Of a DNA stretch of 64,000 bases, positions 40,339 to 49,478 are shown piece after piece. The stretch spans positions 4,092,001-4,156,000 of the forward strand of contig NC_000964.3 in assembly GCF_000009045.1 (NCBI RefSeq), in the 5' to 3' direction. The notes beneath the pieces were generated by a model that saw nothing but the letters and a program-made list of their open reading frames with translations, searched no databases and had not been told where the DNA came from. The position numbers were made by a program, and so were the translations under genes. Numbering within the stretch: position 1 is the stretch's first letter; each line of letters starts with the position of its first letter. The DNA is from Bacillus subtilis subsp. subtilis str. 168. GTDB lineage: Bacteria > Bacillota > Bacilli > Bacillales > Bacillaceae.

Positions 40339-40736
40339 TAACTCTCCGTTCTGCTAATCATATTTTGATTAAAAGAAACTTTACCTAATGAATATAAAAA
40401 AGTTAACGATAAATACAGTATCCGTTCAATATTCAAATTTATTATAATACCTTGACTCTTAGCATAATCAAGAAAAAGTTGATCAATATGTTTTTCCTTC
40501 TCTAACAGTTCATAAAGTATCTTTGATGAGTATAAAATATTTTCTTCCACAGCATTATATTTAGTTAATAAAAAATGATTCATTTCTGGCCTCTCCGCCT
40601 TTTCCTTTTTTAAAGGAGAATTATTCACTAGAGGAATAAGATCATTTCCAATTTGAATGTTTTTAAACTCATTTTCTAATAAAACATAAGAGTATTTGAG
40701 AATATTTTCAGCTGTTTCAATTTTAAGATCAATCAT
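40338..40736 (-). CDS. yydC: Small protein; putative ABC-3C middle component / LmuC-like
   Basis: Overlaps both neighbours (translational coupling); family assignment is from position and size only. Confidence 0.7.
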   Translation of the reverse strand: MIDLKIETAENILKYSYVLLENEFKNIQIGNDLIPLVNNSPLKKEKAERPEMNHFLLTKYNAVEENILYSSKILYELLEKEKHIDQLFLDYAKSQGIIINLNIERILYLSLTFLYSLGKVSFNQNMISRTES

Positions 40737-42174
40737 TCTTAACACTTCTTTTGTTATCATTAAAAATCTCACATTCATAAATGCACCAACATGTTAAAAT
40801 CTTAATGTATTTTTTCGTTAAAGCCTTTGAATATGGTAAAACTGAATGACATTCTAGATAAATCTCATTAACAATTTTTACAAATATCTCATCTCCATTA
40901 TTATATTGATTATGAAACTCTAGATATTTGTCTACTATCGTCTCAGCAATCAATTCCTTTTTATCAGCACTTACATACGAAGTGGAATCCATTATATGGT
41001 TTATCACACCAAAATACTCAGAATAACTATCGAATTTCCGTTTAAAAGTTTCCCCACTTTTCATATCATAAAATTTTTTATCTAAACCAATTTGATTATC
41101 AAAATTACTAGTAAATGTTTTATAACTTTCTCTATACTCATGAAAATCTATAATAAAGCTCTTAAACTCATCTTCATCAATTTTATCATCGTTATCTTCT
41201 ATTTCTTTTTCAATAAGGCTCTCTAATCTATTAATCTTATAATTTAACTTCCCTTCCTGTAGTCTCCTTCCTCCTTGGTTGTTTTTTGACCAGTATTTAT
41301 ATTCGGTATTCCAAATGTAGTATGTTACTTCTGTCTCGCCATTATCTAAATTCACATCCACCGAAATAAATTCTGGAGTAGCATACTCATCCTTTATAAT
41401 GGCTCCACTTACTAATTCTAAGAATGGATTTTCATTTGTATTTGCAGTAATATTAAATGAAGAATCATGTACATGTCCTGCCAAATATAGATCAATAAAG
41501 TAATCATCAAAATGTGCCTTTATTGATTCTCTTTCGGAAGATTCAATACAACCTAACGTATGGTGCCCAATAGCTATATTTAATACCTTGCCCTTATTTT
41601 TCTCTTTGTTCATCTTCCTTATTGCTTTATATAATTTCATCTGTGCAGTTAATAACGTTCCTTCTTCACCTTTTTTATCTGATAACAGACATGTATTTAT
41701 TGATAAAACATTATACTTCTCCGATTGATACAAAAAATGCAAATCTTCTTCCGGATATTTAACACCCATAAAATCTTCATAAAAATCGAAAAATTTCCTT
41801 TGACCTTCCACTAATATATTTGTAGCTTTTTGATCTAGTTTATCCAACATTTCTGAGGGGTTAGGAGATTTCATAATACTATCAATCAAAAGTGTCCTCG
41901 TCATGTCTCTAGATATATCGTGATTTCCTGGCACTAAGTGTACGTTATTCTTACTTAATCCCATACTTTTAATAATTCCATTAAGATATTCTTTAACATC
42001 TTCGTTATACACATCACCTTTGTGTGCTATATCTCCAGTTAATAATAAAAAATCAAAATCTGACTCTCTTCTTAAAACTTCTATAAAATCTAATAATTTA
42101 TCTCTCATTACAATAGTGTCATAATTTTGAAACTGAAAATGCAAATCAGAAATTTGTAAAAAACGTACCTTCAA
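40729..42174 (-). CDS. yydB: Calcineurin-like metallophosphoesterase with C-terminal helical domain (putative effector)
   Basis: SDLH, TGD, GNHD, GHH and GHVH motifs; C-terminus ends ...CWCIYECEIF...; GAGAGG SD. Confidence 0.85.
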   Translation of the reverse strand: MKVRFLQISDLHFQFQNYDTIVMRDKLLDFIEVLRRESDFDFLLLTGDIAHKGDVYNEDVKEYLNGIIKSMGLSKNNVHLVPGNHDISRDMTRTLLIDSIMKSPNPSEMLDKLDQKATNILVEGQRKFFDFYEDFMGVKYPEEDLHFLYQSEKYNVLSINTCLLSDKKGEEGTLLTAQMKLYKAIRKMNKEKNKGKVLNIAIGHHTLGCIESSERESIKAHFDDYFIDLYLAGHVHDSSFNITANTNENPFLELVSGAIIKDEYATPEFISVDVNLDNGETEVTYYIWNTEYKYWSKNNQGGRRLQEGKLNYKINRLESLIEKEIEDNDDKIDEDEFKSFIIDFHEYRESYKTFTSNFDNQIGLDKKFYDMKSGETFKRKFDSYSEYFGVINHIMDSTSYVSADKKELIAETIVDKYLEFHNQYNNGDEIFVKIVNEIYLECHSVLPYSKALTKKYIKILTCWCIYECEIFNDNKRSVKND

Positions 42175-42435
42175 TACAAACATCCTCTCATAAGTATATT
42201 TATCCCCTATATATTTCTAGAAAACTTTTTATTCTATATCATCTTTACTCTTTAATATATTAAGACTCTTTCCACACCATCAAATAAATTATAACCTAAA
42301 CATAACTCTTTACTCATTTTAGTATTGTATTTAAGTCAAACATTGCATTGGTTGCTGAAATATTATATTCATTGAATTATTCCATTAAATAGCTTTTAGT
42401 TGAACTTTAGTCTTTCTGTAATGGTGGAGATGCTC

Positions 42436-42915
42436 TTACTTATGATAAGGCTCCCCACGATTAATCCGAAAAGCCCGATAAATCTGCTCCACTAAAATAA
42501 GCCGCATCAACTGATGAGGAAATGTCATCTTCGAGAACGATAGCTTCTCGTCCGCTCGCTTCATCACCGTGTCACTCAATCCGAGTGATCCGCCGATGAC
42601 GAAGGTGACTTTGCTTTTTCCATAAGTAGCCAGCTTATCTATTGTATCGGCTAGTTCTTCGGATGTTTTCATTTTTCCTTCGATGGCGAGGGCGATGACG
42701 TGGGCGTCGGGGCTGATTTTGGATAGGATGCGGTCGCCTTCTTTGTCTTTTATGATTTTCATGTCCTGGTCGCTTAGGTTTTCCGGCGCTTTTTCGTCCG
42801 GGAGTTCGATGATGTCGATTTTTGCGTAGGCCGAAAGTCGTTTGGTGTATTCTTCAATGCCTTGCTTGAGGTATTTTTCTTTTAGTTTTCCGATTGTCAC
42901 AATATTGATATTCAC
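42436..42915 (-). CDS. rlmH: 23S rRNA m3-pseudouridine-1915 methyltransferase
   Basis: [33 protein letters not shown]. Confidence 0.96.
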   Translation of the reverse strand: MNINIVTIGKLKEKYLKQGIEEYTKRLSAYAKIDIIELPDEKAPENLSDQDMKIIKDKEGDRILSKISPDAHVIALAIEGKMKTSEELADTIDKLATYGKSKVTFVIGGSLGLSDTVMKRADEKLSFSKMTFPHQLMRLILVEQIYRAFRINRGEPYHK

Positions 42916-43294
42916 AGGTCATCCCCACTTTAAAAACAAGTTATTCATATATGTTGTCCACAATTGTGGATATCTTTTCTGTATTTTGTGTAAGATCATT
43001 CGTTCCCCACTATATATACTGCGGGGTCTCCACATAATTCACAGGCTGTGGATAAACTGTTAGTATGTTCGATTTTTCTGATTTCGGGCGGCAGCTCGTG
43101 GTCGTCTATGTACATATCCAGCACCGTTTCGATGTGTTCTTCACAAGAATAATACGCTTGTTTCATGTTCAAATCCTCCGATGTTTTCTTCCATTTTTAC
43201 AAATGTTCTCTTCTCAATATAACCTATTTATTCACATGTTAGTAGTGCTTCGGGCTGAGTTTTATCCACAATTCGACAAACAAGCTGTTGATGA
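42908..43294. promoter_or_regulatory. DnaA-box cluster
   Basis: Perfect boxes TGTGGATAA 43047-55, TTATTCACA 43228-36, TTATCCACA 43262-70; 1-mismatch boxes at 42941, 42954, 42965 and 43035. Confidence 0.8.
42996..43166 (-). CDS. yyzF: 56-aa CxxH/CxxC protein
   Basis: MKQAYYSCEEHIETVLDMY...ACELCGDPAVYIVGNE; GGAGG SD; translated by hand. Confidence 0.82.
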   Translation of the reverse strand: MKQAYYSCEEHIETVLDMYIDDHELPPEIRKIEHTNSLSTACELCGDPAVYIVGNE

Positions 43295-43350
43295 CTCTAT
43301 TTCGCTCGTGTGTTAGTTTGGATGTAACCGATGTGTGGGGAGGTCTGCAT

Positions 43351-43764
43351 TTGCGCTTTAGATGGGTTTGGCTTTTTGTGATTATGTTGCTGCTTGCTGA
43401 GTGTCAGCCATCTTATTGGGTGTTGGAGAAGGATCGAATCGGTGAAGGCAGTCCAGACTTAGAAATATACGCTAATTATCTCCAAATGCATGATGACGTG
43501 AAAGGATATCAAGTCTTCACCATATCAGAAGGCAAAAAAATGGTCGTCGTGTCTCTCGGAAGCAGCGAGAAAGATAAGAAGCTTGAAGTGTCGGACGTCA
43601 AATTCTCATCTAAAGAAACGATTGTAACTGTGGAGCGAAAACCTGCTCCTACGGCAAATGAGAAAAACCCTTTTATTTTGATTGGACTGGACAAAATTGA
43701 AGGGGATTTAATTGTTCAAGACGAAACAGGAGATCGCTTTGAAGAAACGGATTACCAGCAATAA
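43351..43764 (+). CDS. yycS: Exported/lipoprotein-like protein
   Basis: TTG start after GGGGAGG; hydrophobic N-terminus followed by LAEC. Confidence 0.8.
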   Translation: MRFRWVWLFVIMLLLAECQPSYWVLEKDRIGEGSPDLEIYANYLQMHDDVKGYQVFTISEGKKMVVVSLGSSEKDKKLEVSDVKFSSKETIVTVERKPAPTANEKNPFILIGLDKIEGDLIVQDETGDRFEETDYQQ

Positions 43765-43797
43765 AGCCGGCGTTCTGAGAACGTCCGGCTTTTTCTT

Positions 43798-45024
43798 TTA
43801 CTTCAATGTCCCATGCGGGTCGATGACGAATTTTTTGGCTGCGCCTTTGTCGAAGTCGCTGTAGCCTTTTGGCGCGTCGTCCAGAGAAATAACGGTGGCA
43901 TTGACGGCTTTTGCGATCTGCGCTCTGCCGCTCAGGATCGCTTTCATCAAATTGCGGTTGTATGTCATGGCGGGCGTTTGTCCGGTGACGAAGGTGTGGG
44001 CTTTGGCCCAGCCGAGTCCGAAGCGGATTTTTAATGAGCCTGTTTTGGCGTCCGCATCCTTTGCACCGGGATCTTCGGTCACGTATAAGCCTGGAATGCC
44101 AAGGCTGCCTCCGACCTGGGTGACGTCCATGATTGAGTTCAGCACGGCGGCTGGCGCTTCTCCTTGATTGCCGTGCCCAGATGCTTCAAAGCCGACACAG
44201 TCCACTGCAGCATCAACGGTTGGTTCACCTAGTATTTGTTCAATTTGCTCGCCGAGGCGGTCGTGTTTTTGCACGTTGACCGTTTCACAGCCGAAGCTTC
44301 TGGCCTGTGCCAGCCTGTCTTCGTTCAGATCGCCGACAATCACGGTAGAGGCGCCTAGGAGCTGAGCGGAGTGTGCAGCTGCCAAGCCGACAGGACCCGC
44401 TCCAGCGATATAAACGGTTGAACCTGTTTGCACGCCCGCTGTATAAGCTCCATGGAAGCCGGTCGGAAAAATGTCGGACAGCATGGTCAAATCGAGAATC
44501 TTTTCTAGCGCCTGTTCTTTATCAGGGAATACCAAAAGCTGAAAATCAGCGTATGGCACCATGACATATTCAGACTGGCCGCCGACCCAGCCGCCCATAT
44601 CGACGTAGCCGTAAGCCGATCCCGGCCGGTCCGGATTGACATTCAGGCACACATGCGTTTTCTGCGTTTTGCACATCACACAGCGTCCGCAGGCAATATT
44701 GAAAGGAACGGATACGATATCTCCTTTTTTGATAAATTCAACATCACGCCCCGTTTCAATGACTTCTCCCGTAATTTCATGCCCGAGCACCAAGCCTTCT
44801 GGCGCCGTTGTGCGGCCTCTGACCATATGCTGGTCGCTTCCGCAAATGTTGGTTGTAATGACTTTGAGAATAACCCCATGCTCACATTTTCGATTCACAT
44901 TCGCCTTCGGGACGCCGGGCCCGTCCCTCAAGATTAACTCCGGATAACCGATATCCTCCACCGCTACAGTCCCTTTGCCTTTGTACACAACCGCTTTGTT
45001 TCCTGTCAACGCCATTCCTCCCAT
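43798..45024 (-). CDS. yycR: Glutathione-independent formaldehyde dehydrogenase (Zn-MDR)
   Basis: NICGSDQH, GHE, CGRCVMC...C, GAGPVG; SD spacing suggests the true start may be TTG at 45009. Confidence 0.92.
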   Translation of the reverse strand: MGGMALTGNKAVVYKGKGTVAVEDIGYPELILRDGPGVPKANVNRKCEHGVILKVITTNICGSDQHMVRGRTTAPEGLVLGHEITGEVIETGRDVEFIKKGDIVSVPFNIACGRCVMCKTQKTHVCLNVNPDRPGSAYGYVDMGGWVGGQSEYVMVPYADFQLLVFPDKEQALEKILDLTMLSDIFPTGFHGAYTAGVQTGSTVYIAGAGPVGLAAAHSAQLLGASTVIVGDLNEDRLAQARSFGCETVNVQKHDRLGEQIEQILGEPTVDAAVDCVGFEASGHGNQGEAPAAVLNSIMDVTQVGGSLGIPGLYVTEDPGAKDADAKTGSLKIRFGLGWAKAHTFVTGQTPAMTYNRNLMKAILSGRAQIAKAVNATVISLDDAPKGYSDFDKGAAKKFVIDPHGTLK

Positions 45025-45086
45025 TCATGTGTTTGGACTCTCCGTCCTTGAACATGACTTCGGTTCGGCATGACTCTTTCCCTTTT

Positions 45087-45257
45087 TCACGACTGTTTTT
45101 TCTGTATTCTTACAACAACAAATATGCCAAGAAAGCATCCAATAATGGTTCCGCCGATGTCTAAGAAGTCGACTTTACATCCATTTAACAAGAACACAGT
45201 AATGGCCGAAACCAGGCAGATCATAACTGCCAGAAGAATAACCCGATTTGTCTGCAT
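45087..45257 (-). CDS. yyzG: 56-aa membrane protein with two hydrophobic helices
   Basis: MQTNRVILLAVMICLVSAITVFLL...FLGIFVVVRIQKKQS; AAGGAGG SD; translated by hand. Confidence 0.7.
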   Translation of the reverse strand: MQTNRVILLAVMICLVSAITVFLLNGCKVDFLDIGGTIIGCFLGIFVVVRIQKKQS

Positions 45258-45361
45258 GTAATTCCTCCTTTGGATTCGTTTCTAAACCATACCCAAAATC
45301 CTCTGCAAACTTCGGTTCAACAAAAAAAGAGACTTCACACCAGTCTCTTCATAAACAGAGA

Positions 45362-45610
45362 TCACTCAAAAAATTTCCTGAGAAATAATGTGGCAACACT
45401 CGTTACTAACGCAATTGCCGTATACATAACAACCCAAAATATGAATGAGCTATTCCCCGAAGCTAACGTAACTAACAATATCAAGCTCGTGATAAGAACG
45501 ATGAGCGGTGCCACCCAAAATCTTTTAAATAAAAAATGACCCGCTATACCAAATACACCTGCGACGATCGGAAAACCAAAAACGATAAATAAAACGGCGA
45601 TGGCTCCCAT
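45362..45610 (-). CDS. yycQ: Small membrane protein, three predicted TM segments
   Basis: Hydrophobic 82-aa ORF with AAGGAGG SD. Confidence 0.8.
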   Translation of the reverse strand: MGAIAVLFIVFGFPIVAGVFGIAGHFLFKRFWVAPLIVLITSLILLVTLASGNSSFIFWVVMYTAIALVTSVATLFLRKFFE

Positions 45611-45625
45611 ACTACCCTCCTTGCC

Positions 45626-46789
45626 TTAAAACCTCTTCATCACCTCAACATCATACAGCTTCAAATGACTCTTCGGCGTCACGACATCCTTTACCTTCCC
45701 AATCTCTTTTTCTTTCATTTTCTTTCCGGTTTTCAGGCTGTACTGTTCAATGTAGGCAGGCTTGTGATACGTGTATGTGAAGAAATAGAGGCTGCTGCCT
45801 TTTTGGGTGATTTCTTTGAATTCGGCTTTCATTTTGTCCGGGGAAAGGGTGAAGACGATGCTTGTTTTTCCTGTCTTGGCATCGATTTTGTGTACCTTTC
45901 CGAAGCCGTCAATGAAATACAGGTTCCCGTCATAAGGGAAAAAGCTGTTTTTAAAGCTGAAGGGCATGGAGCTGTATATCGTTTGTTCGTCGTTTTTGTA
46001 TTCGGCGATATCGTGCAGCTCTACTTCGCCGCTTTTTTTGTTGATCTTGACCATTTGATAGAGATCGTGGGCTTTTTGGCCGCGAACCATAACATACACA
46101 GCTTGGTCGTCCACGGCAAGTTGGGATTCGACTGAGGCTCCTTCCCGGTACTGCCATTCCGTTATGCTGAGATAGGTAAGCTTCTTCTGATCTGCTTGAA
46201 TCTGAAGGAGCTGATAGCCTTTTCCGTCATCTGTCGGGACGAGTGCGTAAATGGCGCCATCATGGAAACCGGAGGCTCGGATGTAGTAGGGGATGACGTC
46301 TTTTTTCCACTCTCCGTCCATTTGGCGGTACAGCTCTGAGCGGTATCCGTCTCCCTTTTTGTCGTAGCCGGAGTTGTATAAGGTGTAAAAGCCGTCCGTG
46401 TTTTGCAGAAAGCCCGCGCTGTCGCCTGTGTGCTGATAGGTTCTTTTATGGGAGCGCAGGCCGTTTTTGATCGTATAAATCGTGTTTTTGTCCTCCAGCA
46501 TCACGCTGTCACCGTGAACCTTTGCTGAGCCCAGCTCAAGGCCCTTCATCTGAAAGGAAGACAGCGTCCCGTCATGGCTGATAAACAGGGCGTAGCTTTT
46601 CCCGCCGCCAAATGCATCTTGATCCGCAGAGGATGAGAAATACAGCAGGACTTCTTTGTCATCCAGGAAATCGGGATTTCTGAGATCCTGCTGACTCACG
46701 GTTTTATGGCTTTTGAGAGGAGAAATGAAGACAAATAGTGCGATTCCTGCGAGAATCAGCATGGCGATGGTAATCATCCACTTTTTCAT
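45626..46789 (-). CDS. yycP: Membrane-anchored extracellular protein, beta-rich
   Basis: N-terminal signal/anchor MKKWMITIAMLILAGIALFVFI. Confidence 0.8.
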   Translation of the reverse strand: MKKWMITIAMLILAGIALFVFISPLKSHKTVSQQDLRNPDFLDDKEVLLYFSSSADQDAFGGGKSYALFISHDGTLSSFQMKGLELGSAKVHGDSVMLEDKNTIYTIKNGLRSHKRTYQHTGDSAGFLQNTDGFYTLYNSGYDKKGDGYRSELYRQMDGEWKKDVIPYYIRASGFHDGAIYALVPTDDGKGYQLLQIQADQKKLTYLSITEWQYREGASVESQLAVDDQAVYVMVRGQKAHDLYQMVKINKKSGEVELHDIAEYKNDEQTIYSSMPFSFKNSFFPYDGNLYFIDGFGKVHKIDAKTGKTSIVFTLSPDKMKAEFKEITQKGSSLYFFTYTYHKPAYIEQYSLKTGKKMKEKEIGKVKDVVTPKSHLKLYDVEVMKRF

Positions 46790-46799
46790 AGCCTTCTCC

Positions 46800-47537
46800 T
46801 TAGTAAATGGTCATAATGGTTGTCGTATAAGAAGAACTAGTGATGTCGCGCGGATACACGCCTAAGCCTCCGTTGCTGTCTATATCAATCCCTGCTTTCA
46901 GCAAAAAGGCAGACCATAGGAGCTTTGAACAGTTTTTGGCGCCGTCATGGCCGGTATTTCTGTTATTGACGAAGTTAAATGAGTATGGGTCGCCGACTTT
47001 TGATACCGCCCAGTCGGCAGCAGCTGTTTTTTGAGATGAGGATACGCTGACGGTTTGCACAATGGAGTTGTCTTCCACGTCTCTGGCATTATACGCGATC
47101 TGCCTGACGCCGTCGCTCGGGACAGATTCAACAATTTTGTCAGCGGCGGAGTACATGCCGACATGGCCGTGATTGTAGTAGGCTGTGTAGGAGTTCGTGT
47201 AATAGATATTGCCTTTCGCGCTTGTCGGGAGTTTTTTCGTGCCGGACGAGCCGCCCATGATAGACATGCCGCTTTCCTTGGCGAGCCGGTCCCCCTCTGC
47301 TTTATCAGCCGTGATCTCCTTATAGAACTGTTTTAGGATAACGTCCTGCTTTACGTGCTGCTGTTTGGCAATCTGGCTGGCAGATTTCATGATTTCTTCC
47401 GGTGTCGTGCCTGGCTGCAGTGCGGCGATTTCTTCAGCATAATTTGTGGTCTTTACGGCTTTGGCGGGAGTAACAAACAGGCCGCCGCACATTGTGAGCG
47501 CTACCAAAAACATCGACACTCGTTTCTTCAACTTCAT
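46800..47537 (-). CDS. yycO: Secreted protein with a permuted papain-like (YiiX/YaeF-type NlpC/P60) domain
   Basis: Signal peptide ending AKA; HGHVGMY precedes NCSKLLW (His before Cys). Confidence 0.78.
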   Translation of the reverse strand: MKLKKRVSMFLVALTMCGGLFVTPAKAVKTTNYAEEIAALQPGTTPEEIMKSASQIAKQQHVKQDVILKQFYKEITADKAEGDRLAKESGMSIMGGSSGTKKLPTSAKGNIYYTNSYTAYYNHGHVGMYSAADKIVESVPSDGVRQIAYNARDVEDNSIVQTVSVSSSQKTAAADWAVSKVGDPYSFNFVNNRNTGHDGAKNCSKLLWSAFLLKAGIDIDSNGGLGVYPRDITSSSYTTTIMTIY

Positions 47538-47678
47538 TACATCTCCTCTTTTCTTGTGAGTGTAGGAAAGGTAATTTCCTCACCCACATTATATTAGGAA
47601 AATAAGGAAAGTAACTAGGTTATTTACAGAATTTTTAGAAATCGTTTACAGAAAAAGGCCTTTATCAGGCCCTTTTCG

Positions 47679-48149
47679 TTAAAGCTTCTTGCTCATCACT
47701 ACGTCTGTTTCTTGAAATCCGGTTTGCTCATATAGCTTTCGAGCCGTCTGATTATGGGCAAAGACATGAAGGGACAGCTTGCGGATTCCCATACTGCGTG
47801 CCGCTTGATCTAATGCCGCCAATGCTTGCTTTGCGTAGCCCTTTCCCCGATACGGTTCATATAACCCGAAATCATAAATAAACGCTTCCTGCTGCGGATG
47901 CTCCGGTTCAGCATGTATCCAGAGCCAGCCAACGATATCCTTTTCATTCAGCTTGAGGCTCCACAAATGGTGATGGGGTGTTTCGAGCCCTCTCGGAAGC
48001 AGATCAGTAAACACCTGCTTAGACAAAAGCTGGGCATCTTCAGGCAGCCATGTTCCCGCTTTTACCTTTTCTTCCGCGTAATGCTTTGTTGTGTACGTGA
48101 GATAAGACCGAAATTCTTCTGTCTGCATAGGGGTTAGCATAATTGTCAT
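47679..48149 (-). CDS. yycN: GNAT acetyltransferase
   Basis: YRGKGYAKQAL, NQTARKLYEQTGF. Confidence 0.88.
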   Translation of the reverse strand: MTIMLTPMQTEEFRSYLTYTTKHYAEEKVKAGTWLPEDAQLLSKQVFTDLLPRGLETPHHHLWSLKLNEKDIVGWLWIHAEPEHPQQEAFIYDFGLYEPYRGKGYAKQALAALDQAARSMGIRKLSLHVFAHNQTARKLYEQTGFQETDVVMSKKL

Positions 48150-48259
48150 ATCATCTCTCCTTCATATATTGACTAGAGGATTTTACATAAAATAGAAAGA
48201 GGTGTTACTATCAGAATAAGCAACTGAGATTGATAAGTCACTAGAGAAAGGAGTTTCAC

Positions 48260-49357
48260 ATGAATAAGATCGCACCCGCAGAAATCGCTAGCATGCTCAA
48301 CGATTGGTACCTTGCCATCAAGAAACATGAAGTTGAAGAATCCTCCCGTTTATTTGAAGAAGTGAAGCCTTTATTGGATGACATGGAAGAGGATCAGGAG
48401 GTGCTTGCCTACTTCTCCTTATTGGAACTGCGCCACAAGGTTTTGCTTCACGAGGCGAGAGGACAGGGCTTTCAGCATGAGGAGCCTTCTCATATGAATG
48501 CTACGTCTGACATGCTGAAATATTACTTTTTTCTGTTTGAAGGCATGTATGAGGCCTATAAAAATAATTATGACATTGCCATTGGGCTGTATAAAGATGC
48601 AGAGCAGTATCTCGACAACATTCCCGATCCGATTGAAAAAGCCGAATTTCACCTGAAGGTCGGTAAGCTCTATTATAAGCTGGGACAAAATATTGTGTCC
48701 CTCAATCATACACGGCAAGCAGTCAAAACATTCAGAGAAGAGACAGATTATAAAAAGAAGCTGGCTTCAGCCCTGATTACCATGTCAGGCAATTTTACAG
48801 AGATGAGCCAGTTTGAAGAAGCTGAGGCTTATTTGGACGAAGCAATTCGGATCACGAGTGAATTAGAGGATCATTTTTTTGAAGCCCAGCTTTTGCATAA
48901 CTTCGGCCTTCTACATGCGCAAAGCGGCAAATCAGAAGAAGCGGTTTCGAAATTAGAGGAGGCTCTACAGAACGATGAGTATGCCCGCTCCGCCTATTAT
49001 TATCATTCTGCCTACTTGCTGATACGAGAGCTGTTTAAGATCAAAAAGAAAGAACAGGCCTTATCTTATTACCAAGACGTGAAGGAAAAATTGACTGCTG
49101 AGCCGAATAGAATATGTGAGGCAAAAATAGACATTTTATATGCCATTTATGCAGAAGGGGGTCATGCGGAAACGTTTCACTTATGCAAACAACATATGGA
49201 TGACTTGTTGTCCGAGAAAGAGTATGACAGTGTAAGAGAACTTTCCATTTTGGCTGGCGAACGGTATAGGGAACTTGAGCTTTACAAAGAAGCTGCCCAC
49301 TTTTTTTATGAAGCATTACAGATTGAAGAACTGATTAAACGAACGGAGGTTATATAA
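48260..49357 (+). CDS. rapG: Rap-family TPR regulator
   Basis: Typical Rap N-terminus (LNDWYLAI) and TPR repeats; followed by a phr gene. Confidence 0.92.
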   Translation: MNKIAPAEIASMLNDWYLAIKKHEVEESSRLFEEVKPLLDDMEEDQEVLAYFSLLELRHKVLLHEARGQGFQHEEPSHMNATSDMLKYYFFLFEGMYEAYKNNYDIAIGLYKDAEQYLDNIPDPIEKAEFHLKVGKLYYKLGQNIVSLNHTRQAVKTFREETDYKKKLASALITMSGNFTEMSQFEEAEAYLDEAIRITSELEDHFFEAQLLHNFGLLHAQSGKSEEAVSKLEEALQNDEYARSAYYYHSAYLLIRELFKIKKKEQALSYYQDVKEKLTAEPNRICEAKIDILYAIYAEGGHAETFHLCKQHMDDLLSEKEYDSVRELSILAGERYRELELYKEAAHFFYEALQIEELIKRTEVI

Positions 49358-49474
49358 ATGAAAAGATTTCTGATTGGCGCAGGCGTCGCAGCGGTGATTT
49401 TATCAGGTTGGTTTATTGCGGACCATCAAACCCACTCACAGGAAATGAAAGTCGCTGAGAAAATGATTGGATAA
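49358..49474 (+). CDS. phrG: Phr signalling peptide precursor, 38 aa (C-terminal EKMIG)
   Basis: MKRFLIGAGVAAVILSGWFIADHQTHSQEMKVAEKMIG; GGAGG SD inside the rapG 3' end. Confidence 0.92.
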   Translation: MKRFLIGAGVAAVILSGWFIADHQTHSQEMKVAEKMIG

Positions 49475-49478
49475 ATGA

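Noticed and set aside
32100-42435. Intact prophage, ICE or SCC element
   Set aside because: No integrase, recombinase, transposase or phage structural gene anywhere in the window.
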